Shown here piece by piece: positions 37,702 to 46,119 of a stretch of DNA of 64,000 bases. Each line of letters begins with the position of its first letter. The stretch's first letter is position 1. The stretch comes from an uncultured Spirochaetota bacterium (GTDB lineage: Bacteria; Spirochaetota; Spirochaetia; SZUA-6; Fen-1364): the NCBI GenBank assembly GCA_963710335.1, contig CAVQAA010000010.1:286923-350922 (forward strand), given 5' to 3'. A program made the position numbers and the translations under genes. Under the pieces are notes generated by a model. That model worked only from the letters and a program-made list of their open reading frames with translations. It was not told the DNA's origin and made no database searches.

Positions 37702-38970
37702 ATGGATGCCGCTGCGGTTCGAAATGATTTCCCCGCACTCAGGACCCCCGGAGGTGAGCGGCCCCTTATCTACCTCGACAACGCGGCAACGACCCAGCGG
37801 CCAAGGCAGGTGCTGGAAACGATCACGTATGTCTACGAGCGGTCCAACGCGAACATTCACCGCTCGCCGCACGCGCTGGGCCGGGCGGCAACCGAGATGT
37901 ACGAGCAGGCTCATGCCGGGGTAGCGCGGTTCATCGGGGCGCGCAGTCCGCGCGAGATTGTTTTCCTTCGCAACACCACCGAGGCGCTGAACCTCGTTGC
38001 AGTCTCCTTGTGCCGCCCCGGGCCGCTTGCCTTTCGGCCCGGGGACCAGGTGATCATCACCATCATGGAGCATCACTCGGACTTCGTGCCGTGGCAGGCG
38101 ATGTGCCGCGAGGCCGGCCTGGACCTGCGGATCATCGGTCTTGGCGAGAACGGATCCCTGGACCTGCAGGAGCTTTCCTCCTCCCTGGGGTCGCGCACCA
38201 GGCTTGTGTGCTGCACCCATGTCTCCAATGTCCTGGGCACGATAAACCCGATAGCCGAGATCGCCGCGATGGCTCACGGGGCAGGCGCCCTTCTCTGCGT
38301 GGATGCCGCACAGTCGGTGCCCTGCATGCCGGTGAACGTGCAGGCCCTCGGCTGTGATTTCCTTGCCTTCTCGGGTCACAAGATGCTGGCCCCGTTCGGC
38401 GCGGGGGTGCTGTACGGAAGGGAGGAGCTCCTCCAGCAGATGCCTCCGTTCCTGTACGGAGGGGACATGATCGAAACCGTGACGGAAGCCGGGTCCACCT
38501 GGAACTCCCTTCCGTGGAAGTTCGAAGCGGGAACCCCTGACGTGGCAGCGGGCATTGCCCTGGGCGGGGCAACGGACAGGCGGACCGGCCACCGCCTGGT
38601 CGGCGCCGTGGACTACCTGGAGGGTCTGGGAATGGATGCGGTGCGGGCACACGAGACGGCGCTTCTGGACCGGCTGGTGAAGGGCCTGGGCCGGATTGCC
38701 GGCGTCAAGGTCACCGGGCCGTCCGACTGCGCGCAGAGGGCGGCGGCCGTTTCGTTCAGCGTGGAAGGAGCCGACCCGTTTGTTGTCGCGGAGCTTCTGG
38801 ACAACGAGGGAATATGTGTTCGCGCGGGCGGTCACTGCGCGTATCCTCTGGCTGCCCGGCTTGGCGTTGAAGGCACCGTGCGCGCAAGCCCATACATCTA
38901 CAACACTCCCGAAGAGATCGACATTTTTCTCGAGGTCACGGCGGACATAGTCCGCACCAGGCTTCGTTGA
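37702..38970 (+). CDS. Group II cysteine desulfurase (SufS/CsdA-like)
   Basis: YLDNAATTQ, MEHHS, DAAQ, SGHKML, KFEAGTP, RAGGHCA, RASPYIYN. Confidence 0.92.
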   Translation: MDAAAVRNDFPALRTPGGERPLIYLDNAATTQRPRQVLETITYVYERSNANIHRSPHALGRAATEMYEQAHAGVARFIGARSPREIVFLRNTTEALNLVAVSLCRPGPLAFRPGDQVIITIMEHHSDFVPWQAMCREAGLDLRIIGLGENGSLDLQELSSSLGSRTRLVCCTHVSNVLGTINPIAEIAAMAHGAGALLCVDAAQSVPCMPVNVQALGCDFLAFSGHKMLAPFGAGVLYGREELLQQMPPFLYGGDMIETVTEAGSTWNSLPWKFEAGTPDVAAGIALGGATDRRTGHRLVGAVDYLEGLGMDAVRAHETALLDRLVKGLGRIAGVKVTGPSDCAQRAAAVSFSVEGADPFVVAELLDNEGICVRAGGHCAYPLAARLGVEGTVRASPYIYNTPEEIDIFLEVTADIVRTRLR

Positions 38971-39041
38971 ACGCCGCTCCGTGACCATGGACAGCCTTCC
39001 CTGCCAACGCTACACTCCCGCTTGAGACAAGGAGACCGCGC

Positions 39042-40292
39042 ATGGCCGACAAACGGCTCCCGTTCACCCGGGACAAAATCGAGCAGATCGCAAAAACTCA
39101 CCCCACGCCATTCCACATCTATGACGAGAAGGCCATCCGGGGGAACGCCCGCGCGCTGAAGCAGGCATTTTCCTGGGCGGAGGGTTTTCGTGAGTTCTTT
39201 GCCGTCAAGGCTCTCCCCAATCCGCATATCCTTTCCATCATGAAGCAGGAGGGCTTCGGCGCGGACTGCAGCTCGCTCCCCGAGCTTCTCTTGTCGGACC
39301 GCGTTGGCCTGCGGGGGGAGCAGATCATGTTCACCTCCAACGACACGCCCGCCGGCGAATACGTGGAAGCGAAACGTCTCGGCGCCATCATCAACCTGGA
39401 TGACATCAGCCACATCGAGTTCCTGAAAAAGCACGCGGGAATGCCTGAGCTGATCTGCCTCCGTTATAACCCGGGTCCGCTCAAAGGCGGCAACGCGATC
39501 ATTGGCACTCCGGAGGAGGCGAAATACGGCTTCACCCGGGAGCAGCTTTTCGAAGGGTACCGAAAGGCGCGCCAGCTGGGCGCCACGCGGTTCGGCCTGC
39601 ACGCCATGATCGCATCAAATGAGCTGAGCCTCGACTACCACTGGGACACGGCGCGAATGCTTTTCGACCTGGCAGCCGATCTCTCGAAAGACCTCGGTAT
39701 CCGGTTCGAGTTCGTGAACCTGGGCGGAGGTTTCGGCATTCCCTACAAGCCCGAGCAGACGGCAATCGACTGGCAGGCTCTTTCCCGGGGGATCCAGGAG
39801 GCATACGAGGCCAAGGTCAAGGCCCGCGGCCTGCACCCGCTGAAAGTCTACATGGAGAGCGGGCGGGCAATCACCGGACCCTACGGATACCTGGTGAGCC
39901 GCGTCCTCCATCTCAAGCACACGTACAAAGACTACGTCGGGCTGGACGCGTGCATGACGAATCTTGCCCGGCCCGCTTTCTACGGCGCATACCACCATAT
40001 CACCGTGCTGGGCAAAGAGAACGTGACGGCCAGCCGGGTGTACGACGTCACCGGCTCGCTGTGCGAGAACAACGACAAGTTCGCCATCGACCGACCCCTG
40101 CCCCCCGTGGAGGAAGGCGACCTGATCGTGATCCATGATACGGGCGCGCATGGCTGGGCAATGGGCTCGAACTACAACGGCAAGCTGCGCTCCGCGGAGC
40201 TCCTGCTGCAGCCGGACGGCTCAGTCAGGCAGATCCGCCGGGCCGAGAGCGTGGAGGATTATTTCGCCACCTTGGAGTTTCCGTCAGCGTGA
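39042..40292 (+). CDS. lysA: Diaminopimelate decarboxylase
   Basis: TPFHIYDE, FAVKA, NLGGGFGIPY, ESGR, GSLCENND, GAHG..MGSNYN. Confidence 0.92.
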   Translation: MADKRLPFTRDKIEQIAKTHPTPFHIYDEKAIRGNARALKQAFSWAEGFREFFAVKALPNPHILSIMKQEGFGADCSSLPELLLSDRVGLRGEQIMFTSNDTPAGEYVEAKRLGAIINLDDISHIEFLKKHAGMPELICLRYNPGPLKGGNAIIGTPEEAKYGFTREQLFEGYRKARQLGATRFGLHAMIASNELSLDYHWDTARMLFDLAADLSKDLGIRFEFVNLGGGFGIPYKPEQTAIDWQALSRGIQEAYEAKVKARGLHPLKVYMESGRAITGPYGYLVSRVLHLKHTYKDYVGLDACMTNLARPAFYGAYHHITVLGKENVTASRVYDVTGSLCENNDKFAIDRPLPPVEEGDLIVIHDTGAHGWAMGSNYNGKLRSAELLLQPDGSVRQIRRAESVEDYFATLEFPSA

Positions 40293-41047
40293 GCGCCCCG
40301 GCGCGGTCTGGCTCCATCCTGAAAATCGTCCTGATCCCGCTGGCCTCGCTGTGCGTCATTGCAGGCGGGCTCCTGCTGTGGGCCACCTCGTCTCGAAGCG
40401 CAATGCCGGAAGCCCTGGCCGTGCTTGGCGGCACCACGGATGTTCGGGTCATCGCAAAGAAGTGGTGCGTGTTCGAGCCCACGACGAGCAAGCCGAAAGT
40501 CGGGCTTGTCATCTACCCCGCAAGCCGCGTGGACTGGCGGGCCTACGCCCCCCTTGCGCTTGCAATTTCCCTGAAGGGCTTCCTGGTGGTCGTCGTGCCC
40601 ATGCCGCTGAACCTGGCATCCCTGGATGCGGGGCGCGCCCGGTCGGTCATCCAGGAGTTCGGTCTCATCCGCTCATGGGCGATTGCCGGGCATGGGGAAG
40701 GCGGGGCAATGGCTGCTCGATTTGCCGCGCGTCACCCGCGCCTTGTCCGTGCGCTCATCCTGTGGGGCGCGCGGCCGGCGGCGGGAGACAATCTGGCCGC
40801 GGCAAGGATCAGCGTCATGTCGATCTCTGCAACGCTGGACGGTCTGGTGACGCCGCTGGTAGTCAGGGAATCCGCCTGGCTCCTCCCTGCGACGACGCGC
40901 TGGGTGACGATCCAGGGAGGGAACCACTCCCAGTTCGGCTGGTACGGCAGCCAGGAGAGGGACGGCAAGGCACTGATTTCCAGGACGGAACAGCAGGCGA
41001 AGGTTGTCCGCGCCACCGTGGAGCTCCTGCGCTCGATCGGGAACTAG
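40289..41047 (+). CDS. Alpha/beta-hydrolase-fold protein (Abhydrolase_5-like) lacking the catalytic Ser
   Basis: N-terminal TM, YAPLA, MPLNLA, GHGEGG, IQGGNHSQFGWYG. Confidence 0.8.
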   Translation: MSAPARSGSILKIVLIPLASLCVIAGGLLLWATSSRSAMPEALAVLGGTTDVRVIAKKWCVFEPTTSKPKVGLVIYPASRVDWRAYAPLALAISLKGFLVVVVPMPLNLASLDAGRARSVIQEFGLIRSWAIAGHGEGGAMAARFAARHPRLVRALILWGARPAAGDNLAAARISVMSISATLDGLVTPLVVRESAWLLPATTRWVTIQGGNHSQFGWYGSQERDGKALISRTEQQAKVVRATVELLRSIGN

Positions 41048-41106
41048 ATCGCGGCCCAGTCACAGCGGCGGAACCATCACGTTGAGCGCAAGGGGATGCC
41101 GGTTCC

Positions 41107-41604
41107 TCAGTCTCCCGACGGCCAGAGCGGAATCAGCGTCTGGACAAGCTTCTCCAGCCACTCCTGGTCCATGGAATCGAACCTCGATTTTTCCGGGCTG
41201 TCGATGTCCAGGACTCCCCGGACGGTCCCGTCTTTCATCACTGGCACGACGATTTCCGACCTGCTTGCGCTGTCGCAGGCAATGTGGCCGGGAAACTCAT
41301 GCACGTCGGGGACCAGCTGTGTTTTTCCGGACGCGGCGGCTGTGCCGCATACTCCCTTTCCAAGCGGGATCCGCGTGCACGCCGGAAGGCCCTGGAACGG
41401 GCCAAGGACCAGCTGTGAGCCCTCCTCCTGCCAGAGGTAGAATCCAACCCAGTTGATCCGATCAAGGCATTGCCTGAGGAGCGCGGCAATGTTGGCGAGG
41501 TTGGACGTCAGGGGAAGGTCCGTTTCCCACAACGATACCGCCTGTCGGAGGGCAAGCGCGTAGTCCTCCTCCCGATTGCCGCTGAATATGCTCTGGTGAA
41601 CCAT
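41107..41604 (-). CDS. msrC: GAF-domain free methionine-(R)-sulfoxide reductase
   Basis: NWVGFY, LGPFQGLPAC, GKGVCG, HIACD, SEIVVP, VLDIDS. Confidence 0.9.
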   Translation of the reverse strand: MVHQSIFSGNREEDYALALRQAVSLWETDLPLTSNLANIAALLRQCLDRINWVGFYLWQEEGSQLVLGPFQGLPACTRIPLGKGVCGTAAASGKTQLVPDVHEFPGHIACDSASRSEIVVPVMKDGTVRGVLDIDSPEKSRFDSMDQEWLEKLVQTLIPLWPSGD

Positions 41605-41662
41605 GGCTCCTCCGCTTTCGCATCGAGAAAAAGGGCATCCCAACCACAGGAGCCCATGGCAT

Positions 41663-42718
41663 TCAATCCGTCGAGACTCCCGCGGCTATCATGTCGCCGA
41701 TCTGGCTGGTGGAGAAACCCATCTTGCCGGCCGCCATGCTTTTCATCTTGCCGATGACAGCCATCGTGGATTTCTCGATGGCGGCAGCCGCTCCCCTCTG
41801 CCCGATCTGCTCCAGCATCATTGCGCCGGCCAGGATGGTGGCCACGGGATTGATGACGTTCTGGCCCGTGTACTTGGGAGCCGAGCCCCCGATGGGCTCG
41901 AACATGGAAACGCCCTTGGGGTTGATGTTCCCTCCGGCGGCAACGCCCATCCCGCCCTGGATGATGGCGCCAAGGTCCGTGATGATGTCACCGAACATGT
42001 TCTCCGTGACGATCACGTCGAACCATTCCGGGTTCTTTACCATCCACATGGTTGTGGCGTCGATGTGGGCGTAGTCAGGGGTGATGTCGGGATACTCTTT
42101 GGCTACTTCCATGAATGTCCGGTACCACAGGTCCTGCACGTACGTGAGGACGTTCGTCTTGCCGGCCATGGTGAGCTTCTTCTTCCCCGCCCGCTGGCGA
42201 GCAACCTCGAAAGCGAACCGGATGCAGCGCTCCACGCTCTTGCGCGTGTAGATCATCTCCTGGACGGCAACCTCGTCCGGGGTCCCTTTCTTGAGAAAGC
42301 CGCCTGCGCCGATGTAGAGCCCTTCCACGTTTTCCCGCACGATCACGAAGTCGATGTCCTTCGGTCCCTTGTTCGCAAGCGGCGTTTCGACGTTCGGATA
42401 GAGCTTCACGGGACGGAGATTGATGTACTGGTCCAGCTCGAAGCGCAGGCGAAGGAGGATCCCCGTTTCCAGGATGCCGGGCTTCACCTCGGGATGGCCA
42501 ATGGCGCCCAGGTAGATCGCGTCGAACCCCCGAAGCGTGCTCACCGCGTCATCCGGAAGGGTCACTCCGGTCTTGAGGTACCTCTCCCCGCCCCAGTCGA
42601 ACTGGGTAAAGGCAAGCGGGAAAGAAAAGACCTTCGATGCTTTCGTGAGGACCTTGATTCCTTCTCTGATGACTTCCGGGCCTGTCCCGTCGCCGGGAAT
42701 GACAGCGATCTTGCTCAT
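41663..42718 (-). CDS. leuB: 3-isopropylmalate dehydrogenase
   Basis: ATG 42718: IAVIPGDGTGPE, LRFELDQYINLRP, RENVEG, NMFGDIITD, MFEPIGGSAP. Confidence 0.88.
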   Translation of the reverse strand: MSKIAVIPGDGTGPEVIREGIKVLTKASKVFSFPLAFTQFDWGGERYLKTGVTLPDDAVSTLRGFDAIYLGAIGHPEVKPGILETGILLRLRFELDQYINLRPVKLYPNVETPLANKGPKDIDFVIVRENVEGLYIGAGGFLKKGTPDEVAVQEMIYTRKSVERCIRFAFEVARQRAGKKKLTMAGKTNVLTYVQDLWYRTFMEVAKEYPDITPDYAHIDATTMWMVKNPEWFDVIVTENMFGDIITDLGAIIQGGMGVAAGGNINPKGVSMFEPIGGSAPKYTGQNVINPVATILAGAMMLEQIGQRGAAAAIEKSTMAVIGKMKSMAAGKMGFSTSQIGDMIAAGVSTD

Positions 42719-42724
42719 GTGCGG

Positions 42725-42753
42725 ACAGTAGCTGCGCCGCCCCTTTCTGTCAA
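42725..42753 (-). promoter_or_regulatory. Leaderless sigma70 promoter of leuB
   Basis: Minus strand TTGACA-N17-TACTGT-N6-ATG. Confidence 0.7.
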
Positions 42754-43694
42754 CCGCGATCGCCGCCTGTGTCGCAACCGCCGCCTGGCGCGCGGCGCCG
42801 TTGCCCCTGCCGGGAGACCCGGCTGGCCTTGTCCGACCGGGAGAGGAGGGCGTTGATCGCAAGGCCCGCAAGCAGGACAAGCGTCCCGAAGAGCTTTCTT
42901 GCGTCGAAGACCCCGTCCGTGACGGCATCGATGACGAGGCCGGTCATCGCCTGGCCGCAGAACATGAGGAGCGTGGCGGAGAAAGCCGGCATGCGCGGGA
43001 AGACGATGTTGATTGCCGCCACCACGGCAACGCCCGTGATGCCCCCTCCAAGGGCCAGGAGCGGGCCAGCTGAGACCACCGCCCGGACCGCTGCACCGGC
43101 CGGTGGCCTTGCTACGGCAAGAATGAGAAGTACCGTCGCGAGGCCCGTGATGTAGTTGACGCGTGTGCTGCGAAAGATGCCCTTCCTGCGCCCCAGCTCC
43201 GAATTGAGAATGAACGTGAGACCGGGAAGGGCGCCCGAGGCAAGACCCACAAGCATGGCGGGGGCATCGGAGCGCCAGTTCCCCGCCATGATCCCCACGC
43301 CCACAACGGCCAGGGCTATGCCCGGGAGACTGCGCAAGGACAGGGGATATTTCTTCCTGCCCAGAAGGCCGGTGGCGTCCACCGCAACCGAAAACAATGT
43401 CTGGCCAAGAAGTGCAAGCGCCACGGCGAATGACGCGCCAAGGTTGGCGAAGGCATAGATGCTGGAGAAGACGGTCCACACTCCGACAAAGCCGCCAAGG
43501 TAATAATAAAAGGGAAGGCGGCCCGGCTGCGCCCTTTCCTGCCTCACCAGGAGGATCACGGAGACCGCCGTCAGCCCCACCAGGTGGATGACAACCGCGG
43601 CGACAAGGTTGCCGACGATTCCCGAGAATCGGCTGTTCACGTCGTTCATGAGGGTGATGACGGCGCCGATGAGCGGCGCCAGGGCGCTGTACAC
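42750..43694 (-). CDS. DMT-superfamily transporter (two YdcZ-like repeats)
   Basis: About 10 TMs with a duplicated pattern (YLGGFVG..LLGQ..D and LGGGITG..FCGQ..D). Confidence 0.82.
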   Translation of the reverse strand: MYSALAPLIGAVITLMNDVNSRFSGIVGNLVAAVVIHLVGLTAVSVILLVRQERAQPGRLPFYYYLGGFVGVWTVFSSIYAFANLGASFAVALALLGQTLFSVAVDATGLLGRKKYPLSLRSLPGIALAVVGVGIMAGNWRSDAPAMLVGLASGALPGLTFILNSELGRRKGIFRSTRVNYITGLATVLLILAVARPPAGAAVRAVVSAGPLLALGGGITGVAVVAAINIVFPRMPAFSATLLMFCGQAMTGLVIDAVTDGVFDARKLFGTLVLLAGLAINALLSRSDKASRVSRQGQRRRAPGGGCDTGGDRG

Positions 43695-43746
43695 GGGATG
43701 GACCTCCCTTCTCCTGCTCCCAGTATCCCGTTATGCTGTGTCATCC

Positions 43747-43766
43747 GATAGGACATATGTCCTATC
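43747..43766. promoter_or_regulatory. Perfect 20-bp palindrome, likely operator of the adjacent Crp-family regulator
   Basis: GATAGGACAT-ATGTCCTATC in the 93-bp divergent DMT/Crp gap. Confidence 0.75.
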
Positions 43767-43787
43767 TATGCCGGAAAGGAAACTCGC

Positions 43788-44498
43788 ATGACGACGGTAG
43801 GAAGTTATATTAGGCGGTATGCCCTGGACCGTCTTCTTTCGCCGGACCTCCTGCAAGCCCTGCGGCCCGTGCACCGGGAACCCGGTGATCTCATCATCCG
43901 GGCCGGGGACCCTGCCCGGGACCTCCTGTTTTTCGTGGAGGGACGCACCAAGGTTTACAGCGTGCTGGACAACGGCCAGAGCGTTCTCGCATCTTTCTAC
44001 AGGCCTTTCGATGTCCTGGGTGAAGTTGAGCTTTTCACCTTCAGGCGTTACGCGCTGAGCGTGGAGGCGCTCACAAGGACAGTCTGTCTGAGCCTCCCCG
44101 TGACGGCAATCAAGAAGGCGGCGGACCGCAATTCGCGTCTCTTCGCGTACCTGTGCGGCCGCCTGGGCGCGAAGCTGGCCGACCGGGTGGTCGCTGAGTC
44201 CATCAACCTGCGCTACCCCGTGGAGAACCGCCTGGCGAGCTACCTCATGGCGGCGACGGATGACGAGGGTTGGATGCTGGGCACGGACAATCTCGGTGAG
44301 CTGGCGGATTTTCTGGGAGCCAGCTATCGCCAGCTGGCCCGCGTGGTGCGCCTCTTCCGCGCCGAAGGCATCCTGGAGAGGAAAAGAGGCCGCATCCGCG
44401 TCCTTGAGAGGGCGAAGCTGGAGCCTCGGGCAAAGGAGCGGTACCTGGCGACCCCGGGCGGAAAACCGTCACAGGCTGCCTGGTGGGGCAGCCCGTGA
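43788..44498 (+). CDS. Crp/Fnr-family regulator (YeiL-like)
   Basis: cNMP-binding barrel (FFVEG, VLGEVE), YPVENRLASYL, ELADFLGASYRQL HTH. Confidence 0.88.
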   Translation: MTTVGSYIRRYALDRLLSPDLLQALRPVHREPGDLIIRAGDPARDLLFFVEGRTKVYSVLDNGQSVLASFYRPFDVLGEVELFTFRRYALSVEALTRTVCLSLPVTAIKKAADRNSRLFAYLCGRLGAKLADRVVAESINLRYPVENRLASYLMAATDDEGWMLGTDNLGELADFLGASYRQLARVVRLFRAEGILERKRGRIRVLERAKLEPRAKERYLATPGGKPSQAAWWGSP

Positions 44499-44510
44499 CA
44501 AGGTGACACC

Positions 44511-45716
44511 CTACATTCCCAGGAGTTTCCGGGTTGCCAGCTGATCCAGCCGGGCAATCTGCAATGGAGTGCCGTTGACCTTGTCATAGTCCACGGCCAC
44601 CTTGAGGATCTCAGCCGGGTCCCCCTGCTGAAGCGTCTTCGCGATTCCCGGCTCCCTGTCCCAGAGGGCGGTCATCATCTTTGTCATCTCGGCGTCAGCC
44701 CCCAGGTCATGGGCTTTTTTCTCCGCCAGCCTGTAGTTCTCCACGTTCTGCCGGATGAAATCCATTCGGATCCTGGTGCTGTTCTCCTTCCCGGGCGCCG
44801 TGTCCGTGCGCAGGATGTGGTTGTCGAACTCCGCGTGTCCCTGCCAGCCCATCCGATCCAGCAGCCAGAGGACCGCAACCATTTCCTTGATCCCATCCAT
44901 GCCGACGAGCATTGGCAGGTCATTATCGAACTGCCCGGGCTTCTGGTTGCCGACGTGGAGGAAGAATAGCTTCTGGGCCTGGACCGCCATGGCCACCGCA
45001 ACCTCGGCCGAGAGGCAGGTCATCCCCTCATGCTGAAGGACCTCGGGGTTCACCCCCCAGAAGCTTGGATCATTCAACATGGCAATGAGCCCCAGGGCAT
45101 GGCCCGTTGTGGGCACATACATCTCCCCGCGGGGCTCGTTGGGCTTGGGCTCGATGCTTCCGTGGCGAAGCGTGCCGTTCTGCTCTTTGGCGTAACGCTC
45201 CGCGAGGTTGAGCCCTTCGATGAGATAGCGGAACGTCCTTTCCCACGGCACGGAGAACTGGCATTCGAATCCGTCCCGGGCAACCCAGTACGTGAGGTAC
45301 TCCGCTCCAAGGAAATTGCCGATGCGGATGGTGCGCATCACCTTGCGGCCGGCCAGGAGCCGTACCTCGGGGTTTGGGTTGGTCAGCCCGCCGTTCCTGA
45401 ACAGCGGGTTGCCGTGGAGGCTGCAGGTGGCCATCGCGAACTTCAGCTCCGCTGCCTCCAGCTTCTCCTTGATCGTCCGCAGGGTCTTGGAGGCTGCGCT
45501 GGACGGGTCCAGGTCGTCTTCGGGGTGTTTCGGATCCCACGGCACAAGGTCGTCGTCATGGGCGGAGGTGAAATCGATCAGCTTCTCCTCCCGCGCCTTG
45601 CACAGAAGGTCGCAGACTTCCACGGACGAGATGCGATCCATGACGGCGGGCCCGAAAGGGTCTCCGACGGGGTTGGCGACGCACCAGAACGGCATGGAAA
45701 GTTTTCTGTTCTTCAT
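44511..45716 (-). CDS. Xylose isomerase-family protein (class I-like, divergent)
   Basis: GDPFG, AHDDDL, GGLTNP, YWVARDG, IEPKPNEPRG, GVNPE, FDND. Confidence 0.82.
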   Translation of the reverse strand: MKNRKLSMPFWCVANPVGDPFGPAVMDRISSVEVCDLLCKAREEKLIDFTSAHDDDLVPWDPKHPEDDLDPSSAASKTLRTIKEKLEAAELKFAMATCSLHGNPLFRNGGLTNPNPEVRLLAGRKVMRTIRIGNFLGAEYLTYWVARDGFECQFSVPWERTFRYLIEGLNLAERYAKEQNGTLRHGSIEPKPNEPRGEMYVPTTGHALGLIAMLNDPSFWGVNPEVLQHEGMTCLSAEVAVAMAVQAQKLFFLHVGNQKPGQFDNDLPMLVGMDGIKEMVAVLWLLDRMGWQGHAEFDNHILRTDTAPGKENSTRIRMDFIRQNVENYRLAEKKAHDLGADAEMTKMMTALWDREPGIAKTLQQGDPAEILKVAVDYDKVNGTPLQIARLDQLATRKLLGM

Positions 45717-46093
45717 CGGTTCTCTCCTTGTTTCCGGGACGGCTCGCACGTCTCGCAGGTGTTTGAATCGTTAAAGAGGATTCTGGACACGGAAAGGGAA
45801 TGGCCGCAGCGCACGCAGCGCAGGCGATACGGGAAGATGGCCCGCCGCTGCCATACAAGCAGGACGAGCGTGAGAAAGGCGATGGGGATGAGGTAGAGGT
45901 CCTGCAGGGAGAAACGGCTCAGGACCCACGTCAGGGCCCACACGGCCAGAAGGACAAGGGTGAGATAAAGGGTGCCGTTTCTCTTCTGTCCGGCGCGGTC
46001 GAGGCGCCGGCGCTGAAATAGATGGAAAATCCACACCGCGACAATGGGGACCAGTAAATAGCGCTGAAGGAAAGTGGATATGCTGCTTGTCAA
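45713..46093 (-). CDS. Small membrane protein with a C-terminal CxxC/CxxC zinc ribbon
   Basis: Three hydrophobic segments, then CVRC..CETC. ATGA coupling with the isomerase. Start uncertain. Confidence 0.65.
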   Translation of the reverse strand: MTSSISTFLQRYLLVPIVAVWIFHLFQRRRLDRAGQKRNGTLYLTLVLLAVWALTWVLSRFSLQDLYLIPIAFLTLVLLVWQRRAIFPYRLRCVRCGHSLSVSRILFNDSNTCETCEPSRKQGENR

Positions 46094-46119
46094 AAGGGCT
46101 CCGTAGGGTGCCCATTCTA

